Assembly: GCF_009914755.1 (NCBI RefSeq)
Contig: NC_060934.1
Direction: 5' to 3' (one strand)
Source: the human T2T-CHM13v2.0 reference genome, Homo sapiens
Length of the DNA: 64,000 nucleotides
The position numbers and the translations under genes are program-made. The notes under the pieces were generated by a model. It was not told the DNA's origin. It did not search any database and saw only the letters and a list, made by a program, of their open reading frames with translations. Shown here piece by piece: positions 13,201 to 25,422 of this stretch (within the stretch, counting starts at the first letter, position 1; every line of letters begins with the position of its first letter).

Positions 13201-13677
13201 TTGTGGACACACAAGATCCCCTTTTTCATGACCCGGCTCCACTTTGCTTTGGGTCTGATGTAAGTGACTTTGCCTTGTCATTGGCAACTTTCACTGTAGT
13301 ATAATCTGCACATTAAAGTTACCTAACAATAGTACAAAGAAAGAAAATTAAAGGTATATCTCTTTCAAAAACATAAACCCCAAAATTGTTAGGAAATTGT
13401 AGTGAGTATAAAAGATAATTCATTATAATTGACATCTCAAGCTTCACAGAATTCTGACCTTTGCTACACTCTCATCCACAATCTTTTTCTCCTAGTAAAT
13501 GGCAGCTCCTTCTGTTAAGTTGCTGAGGCTTCTTATTGCTTTTTTCTCCAAATAACAGTCAGAACTGAACAACTGTAATCATCCTAGTCCATACAATTGT
13601 TATATTTTCATTTAAAGAAGATCAATGTGTGATTCTTTTTTTATATATTTCTGGACAATTCTTTATATTTTAATAAT

Positions 13678-14110
13678 AGTCAGAATTTGATCAGGAAAAC
13701 AGAAGACATCCTATGTATTATAATGATAAAAGTTTAATATTAATTAGGGCCTTATGTTATTATTGGAAGAGCTTGGTGAATAGATATTAGAAAAGCAGCT
13801 AGACAAAATCAGAAGAGGTCTGCTTTATATCAGAGATCTTAGTCTGACAGTCTAGAGTGTGGGCACAGAACCCAAGCTTATAGGAATTTCTGAAAGGTCT
13901 GTAAATCTTATCCAGATGGACAGTGGGAGCTCATAAAGAATTCTGCAAGCCATCACATCTGTCAAACCTGCTGTGTCTAATCCTTAAGCCTGCTTTATGT
14001 GAAGACCTCCTCTTCACTCCTCACTTCCAGCTCTCATGAGTTTCCTTCATAGGCAAACCCAAACCTGGAACAATGTGCCTGAAGACTTCGGGTGACACAG
14101 TACCCAGACT
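13678..14110 (-). mobile_element. Probable ERVL LTR (LTR33/LTR41-like) remnant
   Basis: GTCAGAATTTGATCAGGAAAACAGAA start and GGCAAACCCAAACCTGGAA motif. Confidence 0.4.
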
Positions 14111-14784
14111 TAAATAGGAGGGGAGCCATGGTGGAAGTGGCCATCCAGCACAATTTTCTTGGTCTTTACTTATAGTTTTGATTCCTTAAAAAAATTAACC
14201 ACATTAAAATATGTGTTTCATAATCTACATCTAATAATACAAATATTTGAAGTCTTTTCAAATTTGAATATGCTACCCATGTTGCTGCTGCCCCCATTTT
14301 GTGTGTGTGATTTTTGTGTGTGTGTGTTAGAAGCTCATGACCTTTGAAACCTGCTCTTATGAGCTTGCTTTGATGATTTATTTGTCCAGAGAGGATTTTT
14401 TTTCCTACCTGGCATTTTGGACTGCTATCAACCTGAGACCACTTTGAATTAAATTCTCAGCTTGCAAATTTGGAAGCCACACAGATTGTGTGAGTTCAGG
14501 CTGAAATCTGTTTGAGAGCTGGATTCTGGCTATAAACTCTACAGGGAACATTTTCTCTCTCCACTCAGAGCTGAGACCATAGGTAAATTTATTTGCTAGC
14601 TCTCTTTTCAAGTTTATTTTATTTATTTTTTTAATTTCTAGTACACGTGCTCACTGAAGGTGTAATACTTAAGTGAGAATCTCAAAATCAGTTGTGTTCT
14701 TTGTATGACCCTGGTTTTGTTTCCTCCTGCTCTCTTACTTTCAATGTGTCTCAATATGTCTGCTGATGCTATGGTCATCTTAAA

Positions 14785-15191
14785 TTTTGACTGAGGGTGG
14801 ATCTTCTTCCCAGCTCACTCACATGGTTCTTAGCTAGATTCAGTTTCTCTCCATTTGTAGGACTGAGGACCTCAGTTCTTCACTTAGGGTTGGCTACAAG
14901 CAATCATCAATTTCTTCTAACAGGACTTACACTGGGCCACTGACAGCATGCCAGTTGGCTTCATTCAAATGAGAGGGCAAGAGAAAGAGAGAGAGGGAGA
15001 GGGCACAAGATGAAATTCACAGTATCTTATAATCTAATCTCAGAAGTGGCATCTCATTACTTTTGTTCTATTCTATTCAATAGAAACAAGTACCTGGGAC
15101 CAGCTTATACTATAGGACCAGCTTATACTTATATAAGGGTATAAATACCAAGAGGTAGAGATCATCAAGAGCCATTCTGGTAGCAGCCACA
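14785..15191 (-). mobile_element. MLT1 (ERVL-MaLR) LTR fragment
   Basis: CTTCCCAGCTCACTCACATGG...TATAATCTAATCTCAGAAGTGGCATCTCATTACTTTTG...AATACCAAGAGGTAGAGATCAT...GCCACA. Confidence 0.8.
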
Positions 15192-16282
15192 ATATCTTAT
15201 CCAGAATATTTCTTATTCAGGCCTTCAAATGTGCCGTCTTTTCTGGTCTAATGGAAGTAAACCTTCCTTCCATACAATTTCTTCTCCTAAATTGTACTCT
15301 GGCTCTCTTATCACATACAAATGTCTATGTTAGGTATTTGTGTCTGTCTTGATTCTTGGTAGGCTTCTAAACTCTGTGAATGTTGGACTGTGATGTAGAT
15401 ATCATTTCACCGCACACTCTGTAACCACCAAACCTTAGCAGCTTATTCAGTAAGCACATACTTGGCTCTTAATGAGTATTGCTTAAATTGATGAATTGAA
15501 TTAGTATTTTACCTTCTCTGTTGCTTAGCTAAGCAGAAGAATTTTTCATTTTTTTTAATTTAGTGACTGGTTCTATTAAAAGTTACCTTTGTCTATATCA
15601 TTTTGTTATACTAAAGCACAAATGTATAAGGTCAAAAAACATTCTCAAGATTTTGTTTAAACCACAGCCCTCAGTTGTGTATATTTATCTCTTGTTTTCA
15701 TATGCAAGATTTCTCCTGAAATGGGCAACAATTACAAGAGTTTTTTCCCTCTTCTGAACGAAGAAAATAAATATTTAATTCACAAGTTTAGAAGAGTGAA
15801 CCTGAAAAATCACAGGGCTAGGTGGGTTATGAGGCCTACTGGTACATGATAGTGTTGAATGTGGATTAGAATGAACTCCGTGGAGTAGAATCTCAGACCA
15901 TAGGCAAACATTTACTTGTTTTAGAATAAGCACATTTGAGTCTGCAATAAGTATTACTATTTTTAAGTTGAAAATGTAATTGGTTTCTAATAATAACCAT
16001 ATTGGCTAGCATTATTTCAATCGTGTTTAATGTTTTCCAATGTCATTTCATGTCAGATATCTCTCTTGATTCTTAGTAACAATTTGGACAAGACAGCAAA
16101 TGCTATTGTCCAAGTTTTCTAAAGAAGAATCTGAAGTGAAATGATATCAAGAGACCTATCAAGACCTGTATCCAGGAAAAGGTAAATCTGAGCTGAAATT
16201 GTATCCGTTGTAAATTACCTACGTGACATACCAGATAGTGTTCATGATCCATTTAGTACTCTGTTCTAAAAATGAAACAATA

Positions 16283-16810
16283 TCCATTTATTCATTTGTT
16301 CATTTATTTAGTGTTTGTTCAGCCCTTACTGCATATTCCAGGCACTATTCTGACTGTGGCAGGAGTGAACAAACAGGCATGGTTCTTACTTGTATGTAAT
16401 TACAGTCTTATAGTGAAAACAAGTGTTAAACAACAAAATCTCCCAATTATTTTAAAATTATAAACTTGATTCGATACTATGTGGCCATATAATTGTTCCT
16501 AATTTGGTTGGAGAAGGGAGGCAGTTAGGGAAGCCTTCCCTGAGTTAGTGCCATTCAACCTGAATTATGATAGATGATAAGTAATTTGTCAGGGGAAAAA
16601 TACTCCAGGAATAAAGAACAGGTACAAAGGTCAGGTTCTGGGAAGAGCTTGTCTTGGTCCAGGAATTAAAAAATGTTAGAGTGGCTGGATCTGGGAAGGA
16701 GACAAAAAGTTATTAAATGAGGCAGCAGGCTTCAGCAGGTGCCACATTGCTCAGGGCCTTGTAGGCCATGCTAAGGATTTGGGATGTTAATGTCAGTACA
16801 AACAATTGAG
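16283..16810 (-). mobile_element. L2 fragment
   Basis: CATTTATTCATTTGTTCATTTATT...CCAGGCACTATTCT...CAGGGCCTTGTAGGCCATGCTAAGGATTTGG. Confidence 0.75.
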
Positions 16811-17488
16811 TCATAAGCAGAAAGTAAAAGCATGATTCCATCAAATGTTTTTCTCTAAACAGTAATTTTATAAATACAGGTTAAATGTGTGTTGTCCCAG
16901 CTACTCAGGAGGTCCCAGCTACTCTGTATTCTTTTTCAACAAATATTAGGTGCCTACCATTAGCCAGGTACAGCCCTTAGCTACTTTGAATGAAGCATAT
17001 ATTACAAACTGGCAGAATTTCTTAAACAAAGAATCTAGAGATTGTTTTTACACCATAATCTCGGTATTTTATAAATTTCTTGAAATTATTTTTATTTACA
17101 CTGCTTTGCAGAATTTTAACTGGCTTTGAAATAAACAATGACAATAGTCCTCCATGTTACTAGTTTCAAATTTTCCCAATACCTACTAAGACATTACTTA
17201 ATCCACAGATTTATTGTCAATAGTTTGTATCAAATTGTGATAACATATTTGAAATTAATATTTCAAATTAAAGCAAAATCACAAATTTATACTTTATATT
17301 ATGAATGAGATTCACAAAAGGAGCATGATAATATATTCTGTTGTCATCGCATACAAAATAATAACATATAGAGTATGAATCAATAATTTTTCAAATACAA
17401 AGCTTTTACAATTAGGAATACAAAGAAATCATAATTAGGAATACCTCTACAATATTAACACACAATAGTGGTAACACTTGCAAAATGA

Positions 17489-17800
<312 letters not shown>

Positions 17801-17930
17801 AGTGGTGGGTTTCATATCTCAATGTGGACTTTTACTAACTCCCGATGCCTCAGTTTCCTCATCAGTTGAAAGGAATGAATGAAAGATATGTGTTTTTCAT
17901 ATTACCAGGTAGATGATAAGATGATTTTAA

Positions 17931-18795
17931 TTTTCTTTTTTTTTTAACTTTTATTTTAAGTTTAGGGGCATTTGTTACATAGGTAAACTGGTGTCACAGG
18001 GGGTTATTGTACAGATTATTTCATCACCCAGGTATTAAACCTAGTACCCAATAGTTATCTTTTCTGCTTCTCTTCCTTTTCTCACCCTCCACCCTCAAGT
18101 AGACCCCAGTGTCTGTTTTATTCTTTGTGTTCATTAGTTCTCATCATTTACCTCCCACTTATAACTGAGAGTATGCTGTATTTGGTTTTCTGTTCCTGCA
18201 TTAGTTTGCTAAGGATAATAGAAGGTCCATCCATATTCCAGCAAAAGACATGATATCATTTTTTAATGGCGGCATAGTATTCCATGGTGTATATGTACCA
18301 CATTTTCTTTATCCAATCTGTCATTGATGGGCATTTAGGTTGATCCTATACTTTTGCTATTGTGAACAGTGCTGCAATGAACATTTGTATGCATGTGTCT
18401 TTATGGTAGAATGGTTTATATTCATCTGGGTATATACCCAGTAGTGGGATTACTGGGTCGAATGGTAGCTCTGCTTTTAGCTCTTTGAGGAATCACTATT
18501 CTTTGCACAATGATTGAACTGATTTGCACACCCACCAACAGTGTATAAGCATTCCCTTTTCTCCATAGCCTCACTAGCATCTGTTATTTTTTGACTTTTT
18601 AATGATAGCCATTCTGACTGGTGTGAGATGGTATCTCATTATGGTTTTGATTTGCATTTCTCTAATGATCAGTGGTGTTGAATTTTTTTTTGTATGTTTG
18701 TTGGCTGCATGCATGTATTCTTTTGAAAAGTGTCTGTTCATTCCCTTTGCCCAATTTTAATGGGATTGATTGTTTTTCTTTTGTAAATTTCTTTA
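17931..18795 (-). mobile_element. 5'-truncated primate L1 (old L1PA/L1PB) 3' end
   Basis: Poly(T), TTGTTACATAGGTAAAC...GTATTCCATGGTGTATATGTACCACATTTTC...CCATTCTGACTGGTGTGAGATGGTATCTCATT. The 18662-18901 ORF ends in degenerate L1 ORF2-like sequence. Confidence 0.92.
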
Positions 18796-18867
18796 CATTC
18801 GAAATGTTTTTATTATTAAGTTGAGGTGCCTCATTCTTAGTATGGTTTTTCACTTTAAAATCCATAA

Positions 18868-19045
18868 GGGTGGACATGGTGGCATATGCTAGTAATCCCA
18901 ACTACTGGGGAGACTAATACAGGAGGATTGCTTGAGCCCAGGAGTTCAAGGCTATAATGTGCTATGATCATGACGGTGAACAACCACTGTACTGCAGCCT
19001 GGGCAGAGTGACATAGTGAAACCACATCTCTAAAAAAAGAGAAAA
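18868..19045 (+). mobile_element. FAM (fossil Alu monomer, 7SL-derived)
   Basis: Single monomer carrying GCTATGATCATGACGGTGAACAACCACTGTACTGCAGCCTGGGC, the 7SL-like segment absent from dimeric Alu. Short A-tail. Confidence 0.8.
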
Positions 19046-19261
19046 TGTAATTTAAATCTTTAAATACATATGTATATGTGTGTATATATGTATATATATT
19101 GCATATATGAAAAATGGTTTGTAGTTTCCATTCACAGCACATAGTAAAATGTCTTAACCTCCTCCCTCCTCCCTATGTGTGTTTTTCTAAGTGTGTGTCT
19201 TTTTTACCTTAATTTTTCTCTTAGTGTCTCATAGTCTTCCTAGGTCTCCCTCTTTCTTCTG

Positions 19262-19266
<5 letters not shown>

Positions 19267-19306
<40 letters not shown>

Positions 19307-19314
19307 TACACACA
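19267..19314. repeat. (CA)n microsatellite
   Basis: About 18 perfect CA units plus an imperfect tail. Confidence 0.95.
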
Positions 19315-20317
19315 TGTACCTTGAAAAATAGCTTTTCTTTTTCTTAAAACTTCCCAAAGCTTTCATAAAATTAGCCCTCAGGCACTCTTACGTATCTCAT
19401 CCACTCTTCTTCCTCTTTCCCCTTCCTGAAGCCATTTGTAACTTACTCTATTACACTAGGAAGGGGAAGCAAATATTCATATTATTTTCTTGTTATATCC
19501 TTAACATTACTAGACCTTTGTGGTTTCTATGGATGAGGGACATAATATTTATTGATTTATTCTAAACTTCAGTCACTCATAATATACCCTTTTATTCCTC
19601 CTTCTTCTGTGATATTGGGAGTGTATAGTTGTCATTGTGACAAACCCTTTGCTGTCAGTATCTAAAGTGGATGGGGAGAAAAGGAGGGCTTTGCCAATCA
19701 TCATCTCCAGTGCATTTCCCACTGTCAGCGTCATTGTCTAATGCTGTTTGCATCCACACAGCCTAAGGGAACCGTTTAAGTGAGTGACTCCCTCCCTTCA
19801 CTTCAGCCCATCACTTGAGCATTTCTCTCCCTTGAAAAAAGACAAGTGGTGCTTCTAAGACTTGAGTAATTCTGAATATAATTGAGGACTAGATGTCCCT
19901 GTTTTATATCCTACAGGGCTGGCATCTCTAATGCTGAAAGTACAACAAAGTGCAGTGGTAGTCACTGAGTGTTCAGCCATGCTGGGTCATCAAAATAAAA
20001 GGAGATCGTCTTCCCATTCCTATCAATGACCTCATCTCTACCAGATATATAACTGGAAAAACAATGCATTTGCTTAAACATCCACAGTGAGCCACATTTG
20101 TTTGGTATTGTGGGGAAATGATGGAGAAGCATCCTTGTTTATTAAGGATCCAATTTTGATAGGCTGAGGCATATTTTTCCTCCCAAGTCTGCACATGGTC
20201 ATGCATTAAATATTAATGAGCATCTTCTCTCTATCAGGCTTTGGGGGATATGTTCACCTCTTGGGAGGTGAACATGATAAATAAGATCCTTTCTCTCATG
20301 TAGCATTCTCTCCATTC

Positions 20318-20548
20318 TTTTTTTTTTTTTTTGATAGGGACTAGCTCTGTCACCTAGGCTAGAGTGCAGTGGTGCAAACATGACTCACTGCAGCCTTGAA
20401 CTCATGGACTCAAGTGTTCCTCAAGTGATCCTCTTGCCTCCACAACATCCAGCTAACTTTTAAAAAATTTTTTGAAGAGAAGGTTTTGCCATGTTGCCTC
20501 AGCCTCCTGAAGTGGTGGGATTACAGGTGTGAGCCGCTGCACCTGGCC
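20318..20548 (-). mobile_element. AluJ-like SINE with internal deletions
   Basis: Poly(T), CTCTGTCACCTAGGCTAGAGTGCAGTGG...GTGAGCCGCTGCACCTGGCC. Only ~230 bp. TCCATTCTT on both flanks. Confidence 0.88.
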
Positions 20549-20584
20549 ACATTTTCTTTCCATTCTTATGGAAGGCAGTAGTCA

Positions 20585-20960
20585 GCAAAACAGTTAATCA
20601 ATTGAGAATATATTAGGTTGTTATAGGAACCATGAAAAAATAAAATAGAGTGTGTAAAGAAGGCTTGATGGCCAGGAAGCTTTTACAGGGAAGTGACATT
20701 TGAACTGAGACCAAATACTTAAAGAAGCCAGTTCTTTGAAGAGTTGATGGGAAAGTATTCCAAGAAGTGGGAATGGCAAGGGGAAAAGACTTAAGATGTA
20801 ACCCCAGAATGATTAAGGAGGAGGATGGTACAAGAGGATGTCAGAAACATAGCCAGGAAAGAGAGCTATGCTTAAGTATTAGGATTTTATTCTTTGCAAA
20901 GGAAAAGCCCATTAAAGCTTTAAAGCAAGGACCTAAGAGTTAACATAATTTTTTAAGGTA
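20585..20960 (-). mobile_element. L2 fragment
   Basis: GGAAGTGACATTTGAACTGAGACC...GGGAAAGTATTCCAAG...GGATTTTATTCT...TTTAAAGCAAGG. Confidence 0.65.
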
Positions 20961-21004
20961 CCTTAAAAATTTTGCTGAATGAAGAATTCGTTGAAGTGAG
21001 TCAG

Positions 21005-21100
21005 GAATGTATGATTTTGGACAATTGACACAATGCCTGAGGCATAGTTTCTTCATATGGAAATTGGAGACAATGATCATATCTACCTTAGCAGATTATA
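21005..21100 (+). mobile_element. MIR SINE core fragment
   Basis: GTATGATTTTGGACAA...AGTTTCTTCATATGGAAATTGGAGACAATGAT...CTACCTT. Confidence 0.65.
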
Positions 21101-21102
21101 TA

Positions 21103-21410
21103 ATGAATTATTTTCCTAGGGCTCCTGTAATAAAGTACCACAAACTGGGTAACTTAAGCAACAGAAATTTATTGCCTCACAATTCTAGAGGTGAGAAGTC
21201 CAGATCAAGAAGCTGGCAGGGCTGGGCTGCCTGAAAAGATGCTAAAGAATGAACTGTTCCAGTCCTCTTTCTCTCCTTCCAGTAGTTCCTTGGCTTGTGA
21301 CAGCACAGTGTCAATTCTCATATGGCATCCTCCCCGTGTGCCTGTCTCTATGTCCAAATCTCCCTTTTATTTAAGGACAGAGTCACAGTGGATTAGAACA
21401 CCCCTATAAC
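21103..21410 (-). mobile_element. MLT1 (B/C-like) LTR fragment
   Basis: TTCCTAGGGCTCCTGTAATAAAGTACCACAAACTGGGTAACTTAAGCAACAGAAATTTATTGCCTCACAATTCTAGAGG...AAGGACAGAGTCACAGTGGATTAG. Confidence 0.85.
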
Positions 21411-22346
21411 ATGAAGATTGCACGAAATTATGTACATAAATAATTCAACAACATAGCTTCCAAATAGAAAACACTCAGCCTTTGTCATCTCATCATTATT
21501 TGTTTACACATTTGTATTATTGGTATAGCTCTAGTCTTTTGAAAGGTGCAGTTACTCATCTTTGTGTTTTCCACTCCTTTATAGCTAAGTGTAAGGTGCT
21601 TTTGCAAAATCCAGTACTGCATATTTGAGAAATACTTTTTATTCCTACACATACTACATATACTGTTACACAATTTGATTTTGTGGGTCTAATGAAGTTG
21701 GTCTTTCTATGAGTTCCTATGGCTAAAAATAGTCATAATTGTGTACTCCCGTAAATTGTTAGAATGAAGGAAAATACTTTGAGTGAAATTATCAATCTGG
21801 TTTTTCTGACTTCAGCTGTGTGTCATGTTTGGTTAGTCAAGAGAAGCATCTAATGTGAGGCCCCTGGAGGACAGCTGATAAGTAAGCATACCAAGTAGAA
21901 TGGCTACTGGAAAAAGTGTGCCAGCTAGAGAGAGAGAGAAAAGAGAGAGTTAATTTACCATTTGCTCAAGTAAGGAATGATCCACAAATTCAACTAAATC
22001 TAAGTAGTCTTAAAGGACATGTCATTGACAGATTTATCTTCTAGTCTCCCACTTTGTCTAACACTGCTTCAAAACAAAGCAATTTACTGAACCCAGTGGT
22101 CTCATTATTCTGGAGGTTTATAAGGTTAAAAATACCTGGAGTTTTGGGAGCAGCAATAGCACTGAAGTGGGATATTAGTAGTGATGCATGTGTTTGCAGC
22201 ACCTGTGAACACACAGAAACTGAAGTTTGAAGGCTGATGACCCTGAGTTAGGGCAAAAGATAAAACTTTTTATTAGATTTTTTTAATGTCAAGAAGAAAA
22301 TTATTTATCTCCACATTTCTTGAATATTATCCTCTTACAATTAGGT

Positions 22347-22477
22347 CAATGATTCTCACCCCAGTTATATATTAAAATTACCTGGAGATATATAAAAACT
22401 ATCAATGTTCTACTCTTCTACAGATTAAATCATCATCACTGAGGGTGGCCCTCCAGCAACCAGGTTTGAGAACCACT
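22347..22477. mobile_element. MER5-like hAT DNA transposon remnant
   Basis: CAATGATTCTCA at one end and CCAGGTTTGAGAACCACT at the other are degenerate MER5-type terminal inverted repeats. Confidence 0.55.
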
Positions 22478-23243
22478 TTAGACCAGAATTTTTCTCTGTG
22501 CCATTCAGTAATGACAATGATAGCTGTAGGATATGCAAATTGCAGAAAGACAACTGCAAATGATTTAGCTTATCCCCAAACAGCTGAACTATCTTAAGCC
22601 TCATGGCTACTTTAGAGTGACCAAATCCATGTAGATGCCAGAAGTTGTGTCATACACCTATTTCAAGGGACACATAGAATTTACCTATATATACCTACCT
22701 CAAGGGTCATGTCGGTTTACCATTCCCCTAAACAACAGCTTAATAGTATAAACTGCTGAACTGCTGTCTGCCTAATATTTATTGTGGCTATACTTCTTCT
22801 TTTCTGTATTAAAGGCCACTGCTTTTCCCAGCTTGCTCTTTGTTCTCCATCATCTGTTGTGGGTCAATTGTGCTTTCTGTTTTTAACATCCGTGTTGCTG
22901 AAGTCATTTCTCCAATTCATGATCCATGAAACTACTTCAGCAGTGAAAATGGCGCCCCTCAGGTTCAAGTCAACATTTTTATATTTCCCTCTAGGTCAAG
23001 ATCCAAGCTATGGAAGAAATCAGGATATGTCAATTTTCTAGAGCAGCCAAGTTTTCTAAAAGTCTACCTAGCCATGTAGTTATGTAGTCTCACTCTCACT
23101 TAAACAAAGAAAATTAAAAAGCACACCAGAAAAGACTTTTCTTGTTAAAAACACATGTTTATTGTAGAAAATATAGTAAGGAAAAAGAAGAAAATATAAG
23201 GCAACTAGAATTTCTCTAGTTAGAGATAACTATTATTTATTTG

Positions 23244-23278
23244 AGTGTGTGTATATATCTATATATATATATATATAT
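23244..23278. repeat. (TG)n(TA)n simple repeat
   Basis: Visible directly. Confidence 0.8.
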
Positions 23279-24379
23279 TGACATTCAGCTCTTATGTACT
23301 AGATACACACATCTACTGTTTCATAAGCTTTTTTCACAGAATAGATTATAATCAGTTATGTTTGTTATCACCACAACATTTTCTTCTTGAAGACCTTCTG
23401 GAATGAGGCATTTGCTTTTCTATCTAGAGACCCTATCCTTTCAAAAGGTCCTTTCTCTGTGGAAAGAGCTATTCTGGCCACAGTTACTGCCAAGAAACGA
23501 GGTGTTAGAAAAGGCCTAAAGTTAAGTGCAGAACTGCTGTGTTTTGATGAATATTCTGTTGTTTTGAGAGGAGGTAGAAGCATTCTCAGCTTCAGGATAT
23601 TTGCTCACTACTCATTAGTCTCTCTGAGAAGTAGCAAACTTCAAAGGTTAAGTATGAAGAAATGAATTGTGTAATGCCTAGATGTCAGTAGCGGAGAAGG
23701 TATCTGAGCAAATTCAGAATTTTATCCCTGTCTCCATGGGCCTAGTGTGAAGAACAGTCATTTGTGTAAGTGGGTCTTTGTGTATATGGTACTGAATCAG
23801 GTCACTGAGTCAGAAACTTAGAGCAGTAAGGAAAGTGTGGTGCTCTCCAGTCCAGTGTTCTGGAATTTATTCTGCAGTGGCCCCCAACAGCAGGTGGCAG
23901 CCTTGTCCATGATTGTATTCTTAAGTGACATGGTATTACTCTTTCTATTTGCAATCCATTTCACTGATGGATAGTTCTAGAGATCTGAAATATTGAGATT
24001 TAGCTCAGTGTTGTTTATATGAAGATAAATTCCGCTTTCCAACAACTCTCTTGTATGTGTCTAACGTCTGCCGCATGGAATGTCACAGATTATGCTTCAT
24101 ACTTGTCTTCCTGAGTCTTCTTTATCCCGAACACCCTGAGTTTTTGAATGGTTGACATGCCAGCTGGCTTTCTGCAGATGTACTTCTCGTGTGTAAATTT
24201 CCTTCTCTGTGAGGTATTCATATTGAACATGACCTCCAAGTGTGTTTGGGTCTGTGCAGAAGACAATAGGACTGTGATTTCTGATGATTAAAACCTGGAT
24301 TGTATGTTACTGTGATCAGACCCTGAGACTGAGTTAGCAAGTTTTATAGCATCTGAGTCGTTCTGTTGGAGGAAAGTGC

Positions 24380-24671
24380 ATGTGATGGGCATTTGCTTGC
24401 TTCCCCACAAGATTCTCTACCTTCACCCTTCCTGCAAGATTCCCTAGGAAGCTGACTTCTGCTGAATGCAACACTCAGGTTATCTGCTTCCTAGATTCTA
24501 GTTGAGTTTGGTCCATGGGAGGCCTTGGCAGAAATTTTGAGAGTAAGAGCAAATAATTACTTAACCATTAGAAAAAAATAACATGAATGTGTCCTTCTAT
24601 CCATGGCCTCAGTTCCTGTTGGGGAGCCTCGGTGCCAATCCCTCGGTGCATCACCATTTCTAATTAGTTCC
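24380..24671 (+). mobile_element. LTR33-like (ERVL) LTR, interrupted by the MST LTR and truncated by the satellite
   Basis: CCCTAGGAAGCTGACTTCTG...CTAGTTGAGTTTGGTCCATGGGAGGCCTTGGCAGAAAT and GGTGCATCACCATTTC..TTAGTTCC|CTTAA resemble LTR33 as I recall the consensus. Confidence 0.6.
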
Positions 24672-24691
24672 TGTTTTAGTCTGCTTTTGCT

Positions 24692-24716
24692 TGTGTGTGT
24701 GTGTGTGTGTGTGTGT
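24692..24716. repeat. (TG)n microsatellite inside the MST LTR
   Basis: About 12 TG units. Confidence 0.9.
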
Positions 24717-24929
24717 ATGTTGTTATAAAGGAATACCAGAGGCTGAGTAATTTTAAAGAAGAGAGGTTTATTTGGTTCACAGTTCTGAAGGCGTGCAAGA
24801 AGCATGGTGCCACCATTTGCTTCTGGTGAGGGCTTTAGGCTGTTTCCACTCATGGCAGAAGGGGAAGGGAAGCTGGCATGTGCAGAGATCACATGGCGAG
24901 AGAGAGGGTTTTGTGCCAGGCTCTTGTTA

Positions 24930-25264
<335 letters not shown>

Positions 25265-25422
25265 GAGCCAGCAAGAACTCACTTGGATGGCACCAAGACA
25301 TTCGTGAGAGGTCCACACTCAGGACCAAAACACCTCCCATTAGGCCCCCCCTCCAACAATGGGGATCACATTTCAACATGAGTTTGGAGTGGTCAAATAT
25401 CTAAACCCTAGCAGTTCCCTTA

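Noticed and set aside
12800-13210. 136-aa ORF on the minus strand
   Set aside because: No recognisable protein similarity. It lies within a probable LTR remnant and its length is compatible with chance.
18868-19045. Possible 7SL RNA gene
   Set aside because: It lacks most of the 7SL S-domain, is heavily diverged and ends in an A-tail, which fits a FAM retroposon.
23368-23665. Overlapping 92-aa (+) and 71-aa (-) ORFs in apparently unique sequence
   Set aside because: The + ORF starts at a non-ATG codon (TTG). No recognisable domain and no convincing exon boundaries.
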